DNA of 64,000 nucleotides, taken from positions 14,622,642 to 14,686,641 of the forward strand of contig OZ037770.1 in NCBI GenBank assembly GCA_964035545.1, in the 5' to 3' direction. Position 1 is the stretch's first letter. Every line of letters starts with the position of its first letter. The stretch is from Bugula neritina (lineage: Eukaryota; Animalia; Bryozoa). The notes below the pieces were generated by a model. The model ran no database searches, was not told the origin of the DNA, and was given only the letters and a program-made list of their open reading frames with translations. The position numbers and the translations under genes were made by a program. Shown piece by piece: positions 38,556-50,040 of the stretch.

Positions 38556-41500
38556 ATGGTGTCGGGTGGGATTGTAAGCATGGTTGAGAAGAACAAAAGG
38601 CTCAACTCTCTTTTAGTAAAGATCTGTCGAAGTTGTTGTCGCATCAATCATATTAAACACATATTTCTTGTCCTTCTTATAACTTTCTTCATTTCGGTAT
38701 GCACATTTAAGTAAGTAGTAGTTTCTCCAACTTTATTTCCTCTGCATTACTTTGGATTAAGTGTTTAGCTGTTTTCATTAAAAGAATGAGAAATGTGTGT
38801 AGAGTTGACATCAGTGAAACCCGCCAAATATACAAGATGCGTTCCACTCACAGACGAAATTATACATGATGTATAATATACTTTTTAACTCATATGTTAT
38901 CAAATAATGCATAAGCATTTATACGCTACACATATAATACCATTGTAGTAGCTGATAAGAGAACTAAGAAAGATTTATTATAAAATATTGAACATTTAGT
39001 TTTTAAGTAAAATTATTTTTGCAATAATAATGACATACTTCATACTTTGGGTGTATTCTGTGACGTCGTGTTTCTATGACCTCGTGTTTTGATGATGTCA
39101 TCTATTTTAGCTTTCCTTTAAGACAGGAGCCTCGAGAAATAATTTCCATGTTGAACAGAAGTGCCTTATTAGCTAGTAACTACTCTACACGATTGAAAAT
39201 AGCTGAGCATTTTATGTTTCCATGGCATATCAAGGCTGAAAATAAAATCAGTTCAGAAGAGTATGATACCGACTACTTCACTTCCCCCACTCCCGTATGT
39301 ATTTTCATCCACTCCTGTGAAAATCTTTATCTACCCTTCTCATTCACTCCTTCACATCCCTCGCTGTTTTTTGTCCTTGTAAGGTTTGTTTGTTTTCTTC
39401 TTATAACTCATCCCTCCAGTCCTGTAACCCCCAATTCTGGGTATCCATTTATTTATCCATTATATATGTGAGTGTAATATAACTGAGTGAACATATATAC
39501 TGATACTTGGTAGGTTCATTTGTTCACTATTCTTTTGGCTTCTTTGAAATAATATGAAAAATTTAAAAAAATCCATTTTATAGTTATAACGTAAGTCGTG
39601 GGTCCACATGCGCTCATATATTTTACTTCCTACTTTAGTTACTACCCCTCAGTCTACTACATACCAACTGTTTATAACATCTTAGTTCTCTGCCTGAGTC
39701 ATGTATATGAGAACTTCACACACCTTCTAGATTATTCCGATGGTACTTTCTCACAGGTACCCCTAATGGTAACTACTCCATCCGGCAATGGTACTGTTCA
39801 GCCGTACGAACTGCCCCAGAGTCTCCTAGAATCTCACAAACTTCTATACAATTACTCTCGATCTCAGCATCACGTAAAGAGCAAGCAGCCTTGCCCGCTG
39901 GTTCCCAACGGATTAGGTGATTTACTTTATATCAGTTTGTGTAGAACTCAGTCTAGAAGAGTAAACTATAACTAGATATATGTAGTGTTGAGTTTACTGA
40001 GTGGTGTCTGTGGTGTAGCAGTGTGTCTGCCTGCAAGCCGGAGGTCTCGGGTACGAATCCCAGTAGAGGCAAAAGTCTTACATACAATATGTTACTCTAG
40101 ATATACTAGTGAGTACATTAACTGCCTTCTATATATAGGGATGATGACTCCCTGCATCTAGTATTTAGCTAGGAGTAGTAATGGCAGCATTTTGTACTAC
40201 ATATCTGTAGTTAGTAGCTGTTAGAGTACACATCCTAATATCTTACTTATTAATTAATATGGTTTGTATATTTCTCAGTTGGAAAAGTGCCAGTAGTGAA
40301 AGAATATTATCCAATAGATCAGCTCAACAGCTTAGATTTCAGAGTGAAGGCGGGTGGGACCTACACAGCCCCCAACTGTGAGCCCCTGCAGAAGATTGCT
40401 ATTGTCATTCCATTCAGGTTTGTCAGAAGAAGTACTGCTAATTTATTTTAAACGTCAGCTTATATGCTAGTTTGCTGTATACCTGGTATTACTCAGCACT
40501 AACCTAACTCCAATGTTTTCAGGTTTTGGTTTTATTTCAGTATTTAAAATTTGAATTGTTTTTAAATTTGTTTATATTTTTTGTTTTGAAAAGCAATGTA
40601 AAACAAATCAAATGCTTTGGAATGGTTAGTTAGTAATTGTTGACTTTTGACTGCACAAAAGTATCGTAACATAAGATGTGAATTTGTGTAGCATATGCTT
40701 TAACTTTCTACATCTTGAAATGTATTATTTATGAATCTCTCGGTTACAATCTGCAATTTCATTCTTTCTAATGATACAAGGAGTTGACAGATTCTTAGCT
40801 AAGTATTTGTCATAGAATTATATTACTTAATACATCATAATAAAAACATTTTAGTCTAGGGAATGGATATGTAATATTTATTTTTATCAATATTTTGTTG
40901 TGTTGCAGACAAAGAGAGATGCATTTATCAATATTACTTCTCAACCTTCATCCTTACCTCCAAAGACAAGAGAGTTCCTACACAATATTCGTAGTCAATC
41001 AGGTGAGTGAGAATTTATACTGCATGTGTGGTATGTCTTATATCAATAGTACAGACTGTACATAAGGAAGCTCATTGTTTGCTCCACTGAATTCAGTAAA
41101 CCACGTTGTGATGTCATCACATCTTTAGATTCAAGGGTCAAAGTTCAACAGAGCAATGCTGATGAATATCGGGTTTATGGAAGCTATGAAGAGAGACCGG
41201 TACACGTGTGTAATTTTTCACGACGTAGATCTCATTCCCTTTAATGACAAAAGCCTGTACAGGTGTCCAAAATACAGCACCCGCCATTTGTCTGTTTATA
41301 TCGACAAGTTTGACTATAGGCAAGTCGATGAACATCTAATATGATTCATGTTGAAGATATTTCCACTTTGCACAAGTCCGATGGTTTAACAATTTTCTTC
41401 ATACATATAATAGAGTTTCTCTGTATGCATTCTTGTGCTGTTTTTGAGAGCATTCTGATTTGTGGTAGTAATTCCCTCAATCTCTATCCTAGTTCAAATC

Positions 41501-42413
41501 TATATTATATTTTTACTTTGTTCAACATTTAGACTCCCGTATAAAGAAATTCTCGGGGGTGTGGTAGCCATTAGCTCACAGCTCTTTGTCAAAGCTAACG
41601 GTTACAGCAATCAGTTCTTTGGTTGGGGAGGTGAAGACGACGACTTTCAGCGTAGATGTGAAAGCAAAGGTGTAAATATAGTTAGATATCCCAAGCATGT
41701 TGGCCAGTACATGATGATAAAACACAGAGGAGACTCAGGGAATGAACCAAATCCTCAAAGGTGAGTCAATTTACCATAACTGTCGGTGTAAACGCTCTTT
41801 CTGATATATCCTCAATAATCACTAATCAACCTGGTGGTGGCATTAAAGTTTAATGTTTTGACATTTTGTAATGTTAAGATTTGTTACACATGAAAATTTA
41901 ATTGCTGCTCTTTTCTATCTCCTTACGGAAATTATTCTGGGTTTCGCTGTTATTAATTCCTCATTCAGACCTAACACTTTCAGTGTTCAATTTGCCATTA
42001 AATTCTTAATGCTAATTTTTTGACAGTAGTGCGCTTAATACTGTTGAATTCCGTAGCTATATACTGAAATTAATTATCTGAAATTTGCCAGCTTTTCTTG
42101 AAAACTCAAGCTTTTGTAAATGTTTCTAACCAAAATAAAGTTTTTTTTTTACCACAAATTTTCATCATTCTGAGTATTAATTAGTTTTTCTAACTGCAAG
42201 TAAATCAAATCATGCTCTTTTAGGTTTGATTTACTGAAACGTTTTGCTGAAAGGCAGGGGGTGGATGGTTTGAACTCGCTAGCCAACGCCTACACACTTA
42301 AGTCTTTATTAACGCTTCCTCTTTACACCAGAATTAACGTTCTTCTTGACCAAACTGTAGTTATGATAGCAGAACCTAAACCCCTCCCTCCTTACCTTCG
42401 TCCACCCAAATAA
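38556..42413 (+). CDS. bre-4: GT7 beta-1,4-N-acetylgalactosaminyltransferase / beta-1,4-galactosyltransferase family protein (bre-4-like, ~446 aa)
   Basis: Exons 38556-38710, 39111-39294, 39757-39916, 40279-40417, 40909-41002, 41129-41319, 41533-41760, 42224-42413. Motifs IAIVIPFR, FNRAMLMNIGF, FHDVD, LPYKEILGGV, GWGGEDDD, YMMIKH, NPQRF, DGLNSL; N-terminal TM IFLVLLITFFISVC. Confidence 0.92.
39981..40075 (+). mobile_element. tRNA-derived SINE-like family A copy with 5' extension
   Basis: tgtagtgttgagtttac...tgtggtgtagc...gcctgcaagccggaggtctcgggtacgaatccc. Confidence 0.7.
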
Positions 42414-43841
42414 CTACCGCAATTAATATTCCTATTTTACACTAACATTGTATTTTTGTCTAATCATTAAACTAAATCCTTGTTATGACGATCCCTCTTG
42501 GGCTATTTTGTTAGCTAGCAGTTACTTTCTTTATTTCTGTAGTTTTACAACAGTTTGCATAATTATATTTTTAATTTTTTTCATATGTATACTGTGCACT
42601 TTCTCCCAGGTTTTCTATACTGGCAAATAGGATCTATTGTTATGGAATCTCATACCAGTAAAAAGTTGTTTTGCATTACAAATTTTGTTTATTTTAAGCG
42701 TCAATCCTTTACTATATTCTATACATATTCATGCTATTTTATGTTCTTAAGTTACCGCAATATTTTTGCATAATGTTTACTCATTTTTATGTTTCAATCA
42801 AAGCTAATGTAATTTGCTGACTTTTCTTTCTTTTTATACTCATTTGGAAATAAATTCCATCGGTGCTATTCTAATACATTGCTTTTCACTTGCTGATTAT
42901 ATAAATAATTACTCCACAAAAAAATAAGGTAAATAGTATACATTTGCAATTTAAGTATTTGTTTTTTTTTCATAAATACAAGGAAACATCACGATTGAGG
43001 TTAGACCATCAGCTTGCTTAGTTTGTGCTTTAATTGTTTCCATAAGAAGATAGTGCCACACTCATTTGTTAAGAAATTTTGACAGAATGAAAATATCTGC
43101 AAGCATTCACATTTTTTTCATTGTTGTGAATTAAAAAAATTGTTTACATATTTTCTCTGCATATTTTCATCAGGGTTTGCAAACTATCTGCTAAAGAATT
43201 TCAAGTATTAAAGATCGTACAGGTTTCTAAATTACTCCATTGGTCTAGTTATATGGATAATCTTCAACTGGGAATGATATTAAAGCAGTTTGAGCAGTGA
43301 AATTGTAGACCAGATGGTGAGTCAGTGTCTATAGATTCGTATTTTCATATTCACTCTGCAAGTCATTTGAATACTTCACTGAAATGAATGCAATAATTTT
43401 GTAAACACTCTGCCAATCACTTATTATGCAGTAGCTGACACATATTGTTGAATTCAAAGTCACTACATAACTATATGGATATTATGCTCAATTTATAGCC
43501 TTTAAATATGTAGCTATATCGCTTTTCAAGTTATGTAACTAAATTGATTATTCTCCCACTTCATAGTTTTATTTGGCTATAATACTAGATAATTCATGTT
43601 TGCATCATTAGAATGTGGTTAGGAGACTTAGTTGCTAAGTTTTGCCTTCAGTGATCTATAATCAGGTTTTTCAATTTGTCCAATTCCACACATTAATTGC
43701 TAATTGTTGTAGTATTTTTTCATATCTTTCACTGTCTTTGAGCTCTACCCGTAGTGGAGTTGTTGCCTGCGGCAGTATATTCACTGATAGAATGGTAAGT
43801 GTTTATTCTATTCAGATATAGGCCACACTGTTGTTGACATC

Positions 43842-43855
43842 GTTGTCATGGTAAC
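43842..43855. promoter_or_regulatory. RFX X-box (GTTGTCATGGTAAC)
   Basis: Exact match to GTHNYY-AT-RRNAAC, ending 14 bp before ATG 43870. Confidence 0.6.
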
Positions 43856-43869
43856 ACACAGACAAAAGT

Positions 43870-46800
43870 ATGAATTCTGATGAGGAGTTTGAAGAGGCAG
43901 TGGAGTATCTGTCTCAGACTAACAAAGTTTCTAAAGATCGAATTGAGAGCTCAGCAGACGTGAGAGAGGTAATCTGTGGCGTTGAGTTATGAATCTTCAT
44001 TACTTAGTCACTTTCTTATTGGCTGAATCATAAGTAGTCATTACTTAGTCATTTTCTCATTGGCTGAATCATAAATAGTCATTACTTAGTCATTTTCCCA
44101 TTGGCTGAGCCGTGAGTAGTCGTCACTCAATCATATATCAGTTATCAATAAGCCATCACTTGTAATCTACATGTAATAGCTGTTATAGTTTTATAATAGT
44201 TTTATTTCTGAAGTTAAAGGATACCAGCTGTAAGTTTATGTTTTAGAAGTTAAGAATACGCAATTTAATCCATGGCGCCATCTTTAACCACTGCAAGGAA
44301 AGTAGATTTATCCTAACCAAAGAGTATAGACAGGCAAGACGTAAACCCCCTACGACACCATCACAACAGTAAGCTACGTAATCATCACAGTACTGTATAC
44401 TACTGGTAGTAGCTGGTTATTCATCTTGCTAGGTTCTAGAATCTTCTCAGCAGTTCTCCACACTAGAGAACAATGAATACTTGTAGCGCTGTAGAAGCTG
44501 TCAATCAAGTTATTCAAGATTTAGAAAGAAGTTAGGGAATGTGTCTTCCATTTAATTAGATTAACATTACTTAATTTTAGATTATAATATAGTATAATGA
44601 TTTAATATATATTGGTATAACTACAATGTAATATTATAATTCAATACTATATTATTATAATATACAATATAAAATAATATATTATGTTATTGAACTATAA
44701 TTATATTGACCTTTTACATATCCCTTTTTATCCCTTTTCTATATAATATATCCTTTATTATTTCCCGTAGTGATTTTTAACCAGAACACTACTACTATGA
44801 TAGTCTTGTATTCCAGGGTTGCAGGGTCTTACGAGGAGACAACTACGCCATCAGCTAAGAATAATGAACAGTTGAGGAGTTATCCCCACTCAGTAGACAG
44901 AATGCCGTCCGACAGCAGACAGAGTACACCAACCTACGCCCACTCAATCAGTGCGTAGAATGTTGAATTATACTGCAAATGATTTCTTTTGTTCTTTATG
45001 CACAATAGAACCCTAAAACTATTTGCTTATAATGTCTTTTATAAATTCTGTCATGAAAACTACTGAAAGGAAACTCATCATAATAAAATAGATTCAACTA
45101 TGAATTAAATTTGTTGGAATGAAGTTTATTAATGTTTTTCTATTGTCACAAGTTATAGTTATTTAATCAAATTGAGTTACTAATTCTTGTTTAATATAAG
45201 ACTATAGATTAAAGTATTAGTATGCTTTATACTATATTACATGATGCAATTAGAATTCACTTTTATGACATCTGCTCTTTGCTAAAAGAGATAGAGATAA
45301 ATATATGGATTCGGATCTACACGCAAATTCAATTGAGGATATATTTTGGCATTTCCAGGCTCTGCTGTCTCTACGGAAGAGAGAAGGCTCCCTTGCCGGT
45401 ACTTAGACGCGGGGAAAGAAACGGAGACTGAAGACCTCTTGTCGTATGAGTACCGGGAAACTAAGAGAGAGTCTCTGAAAGCCGCGGAGAGTGCTCGGGA
45501 ATTGGTGAGAAAATCTAAAGAACGGCAGCGACAGGAACAGCGTGAAGCGCTGGCAATCCCTTAGTATGTATCTTCATAATGTACAATATATATGTGTACA
45601 TTGTGTGTGCGTGCATACGTGTGTTCGTTATGTGTGTTTGCATGTGTGTACGTGAGTAAACGTGTACGTGCGAGTGTATGTGTGTGTATATGTATCAGGT
45701 ACATGCATATGTAATGATAATGATTTGTTAAACTTGTAGCAATGAGAGTCATAGTATACAAAGAAGACCGGATTCAGTGGAACTGCAAGAGACGGTCAGC
45801 AAGAGTTCAGACTCTGACAGTGGCTCTGCTGTTGACCCAACCACTATTCAGGAGTGTGCAAAGAGGAAACGACGTCTGCATGCTCAGCTTCGACAGTCGA
45901 AAGATGACCCCAATGTGGAAAGACGACTCCAAATCTCGCGAGGATTGGTAAATCAGAGGCAAGTTGAAGCATTAGAAATAAATGAGTCTGAAATAGACTT
46001 AGATTCCAGCTTTCAGCAGGAAAAGCTGTTTGGTTTACCTCCCCCGCCCATATACAGCCCGACAAGTCATAACACGTTTTTACCAGCTTCAGTAGACGAT
46101 AGAAATTCTAAACACATTGAGACGCGAATTTCATTGTCTCCAAAGACTCTAGGCTTGAAAAAGGTACAGCGAGATTTTGGCGATGTCCCTGGACAGTTTG
46201 ACAGATCAGAAAGCGGCAATGCTGTTGATATGAGTCATGTTGGGTCACCAGTAGACCCTAGTCTATACGCTGCCAGACCAATGAAAAGTTCAATGCCTTA
46301 TTTTCACGATACTAACTTCCAGCGTGCAGACTGTGAGTCTAGGATTACAAATCTTCGTAATGTTAAGCATAGTTCCGTGGAATCTAGCAACGATTCTGCA
46401 CCAGCACATTCTCGAAATATGGCTGCCGCAACAGGTGGCACGGCATCAGGCAAATCTCAGAGGAGAGGTCCTAATTTCAAAAGTAAATTTAAATCCTTTA
46501 GAAGGTCAAAAATTTCCAAGTGTGAGATATCTTCATCGGGTGAAGAAACCCCTACTCCGAAAACAAGACGTCGAGTTCGGAGGTTTAAAAGAAATAAAAC
46601 AGAAACTAGTCGGAAAAAGGAAATGGTGAAAAGCTCACTTCCCTATTTGAAGGAAACCAGTTTGTCTGATTTCACGAAGGTTAGGTTAGTCACGTATTTA
46701 ACAACTTGCCTCACTTCCTGTTTACGTATTTTTCTCCACCATGTCTTGATCAGTTTGAAATTAACTATTTTTTGTTGTTGTTTACTTAAGGACAGTGATT

Positions 46801-49800
46801 CTAATGCTGTTCCGGCACTCGAAACAAAAAAATATCACGGAGCAACTCTGAAAGAGCAGGAAATGATAAAAATAGCTTTACAAGATCCAATCAAAACAGT
46901 TAAAGTGGAAAAGGTAGTTTTCAACTTTTTCTCTGGTCACCTGGAGTTTTAGTAAACAAATGCTTGTTAATTTAATGAGGTTATTTTGTTCATTAGTCAA
47001 GGTTTCTATTTTTTAAAAGTCTGCTCCTGCGGTTGAATTTAAAACTCTTTTTAGGATTGCATCTATTTTTGTTTCTAAGTTGAAATTTTATCAATATATT
47101 TAAATCTAATTCTCTTTCAGATTATCTATTTTTGTTTTTAAGTTTTTAATATATGTCATCAATATAGTGTTGTAACTCAAGACATGTTATTTTATGCAAC
47201 TTATATAGCCTAAAAGTTTGTCAAATTGCATATTTATTTATTTTGTGGAGCTTTTGTGTGTATTTAGAGGTGAATATTGGAAAATACCATACATTGCTTT
47301 TATTAAAAACATCATTTGGTTGTTGCAATTTGTTCTTGAATTATATATTTTATCTTTTTTAATTTTAGCTAGTGGAAGTTTCGAGAGATGTTCGAGGGAA
47401 TAAGAAAAATGCAACAGGGTCTATTGGAGAATTTAGGGCATTCAAATCTGATAGGCATATTGAGGTGTGTTCATAGCTATGACTCACTTCTACTGTAAAT
47501 ACCCTTTTTATAGCTATGCCTCATTTCTACTGTGAATACCTTATTTATAGCTATGACTCATTTCTACTGTAAATACCCTATTTATATCAATAACTTACCT
47601 CTACTGTAAATACTCTATTACTAGCTGTGACTCATTTCTACTGTAAATATCCTATTTATATCTATGACTCACTTATACTGTAAATATCATACTTATGTCA
47701 TTCCTTCGCTCAACTTGCAGTTTAGATTTGGTGTAAGAATTTGATACAAGAAGTGTTGTAAAACTCCTTACAACATAGAATAATTTCTATATAATTTAAT
47801 TGATAAAATGGCCGAATAATTTTTTTCAATTAGCTTTCAAGATTGATAGAGTAAAATCTTGCACTTGCAGAGTAGAGAGAGTAGTAGCTGCAGTGTTCAT
47901 GCAAGCTGCGAGGCTAATATGATAACCAAGCCTTCAGTCCGTCACGCCAGTATCGACAATTTGCTGCGGGCCACTCAAAGTGATTCCACAGCTCCTGGAG
48001 ATAATAAAGCTACGGTGACCGCCACGACTTTGAAAGGCGCAACTGTTAGTAGAAGTGTTCCCAAGGCAGATTTTCCCGGCAAGTATTTCAAACTGTGAAG
48101 GCAACTCTAATATGTTTCAAGTAGTAACTCGGTTTAGTTTTAGTTCAGCTTGTGACTGATTTAATTCTTTACTATGCAGGAACTAATGCCTTTGTACCGT
48201 CTGAAAAAACTAATGGGCCTAACCAATTAGGATGCAGTGTGAAATCTACTGACCAATCATCAGCCACTACACAGCTGAGTGACCAATCGGCATCTATCAA
48301 TCAGTCAATTGAAGTAGCATCAGCTTCAAATACACCTGATCTTGTGAATTACACTTCATTAAGCAGTAATCATCCAGTTGTCAGACCCAGTATTAACCAA
48401 TCAGTGCCTACCACACATAGTATTAACCAATCAGTGTCTACCAAACATAGTATTAACCAATCAGTGTCTACCAAACATAATATTAACCATTCGGTGTCTA
48501 CCCAACATAGTGTTAACCAATCAGTGTCTACCAAGCATAATATTAATCAATCAGTGTCTACCCAACATAGTATTAACCAATCAGTGTCTAGCATACCCAG
48601 TAATGACCAATCAGAATCTAGTAGACACAGCAATGACCAATTAGAAACTCTCTCTGAGCATGCCAACAAAATTCTTTCTTCTATGACATTTCAATCCAAT
48701 GATCCAAACAAAGTTCTGTGGGACTACAATACTGGCCTGCGTCGCAGACGGTAATAGTTTCTCCCATCCTTCTGCTGCACAAATTTCACTTTTCATTAAA
48801 CTCAATGCCAGTTGAATTACAATGACTTGTTACATTATTTCAGTGGTACCAGCATGATCCCATTACCTGGCAGTCGGACTTCCGATACTGAACTCAGACT
48901 AGCCGATACTGAACTCAGACTAGCCGATACTGAACTCAGACTAGCCGATACTGAACTCAGACTAGCTACTGCACAGATCGAGTCATCAAAAGAGGTTCAA
49001 GTTATTTTACTTCCTGTTCCTGTTCCCTATTTCCTATACAATTTATATTTTACTCTTTAAGGCTTTTTGATGGACTTGAAAGTTAATTATCAACACAATA
49101 GTCTGTGTAGCAGTGAATCTTATTCAAGGTCTAAGCTTTACCGTATCTGCAGAGGTTGTTGCTAGTTGCTAAGTTACCAGACAATGAACTTGTGTGTTGC
49201 ACTTGGAAGGTGTAACTTTTCTACATTTGAGCTTTATTTTAGGCTAAAAAATTGATTCCCATAAGGAATATCTTTAGTGAAGAAATCTCATGGTTTTAAA
49301 TCAGTCTAAATGTTATGAAATATCTACATTATAGTATTTGTTAGCAACACACATCTTTGAGACTAAAGTATTATGTAGATGCATGTATTGGGAAATGCAA
49401 CTACCAGCACAAAACAAAAACAATTTATTCATATATTTCATTTGTAGTTTGCTATTCAATTGAAATGCTTTCATTTGTTACAGAAAAATCTATTGGCTAA
49501 GCCTTCTGTTGGAATTCCCAGGCAACCTGGTGACTCACTGCACTACCAAATGAGTCAGTTTACAGGGGAAAACTTTGAGGTAAAACTTACCAGCAGCTCT
49601 AGCGATAACCGTACCTATAGTTTGAAACACTAGGCATTATTATATCTTGTTTTTATTTAGTATTTAGTCAATATTTCCAGCATCATGAGGTGAAACAGTT
49701 GCTAGCAGGTAATTTTCAGAGTATAATTACTATCTAGACCGACAACTCCAGGCACTGTAATTTCTGTTTAAACTTTCATGCCAGATCAGTGTCGCAGCAG

Positions 49801-49991
49801 CTAAGAACTGCATGCAATGAAAGTCAGCAATAATTACTGTTGGTTATAAAATCACTGACTTCAAAGCCGACTGAAATCGGCATTATCAAGCTATCAGAAA
49901 TCCCACGTCAATTCAACAAAATGTTTGAACAACATTTATTACGAGTAAATAACAAAATTATATGATCATACAACCCTTAAACACTGTGTAG

Positions 49992-50040
<49 letters not shown>

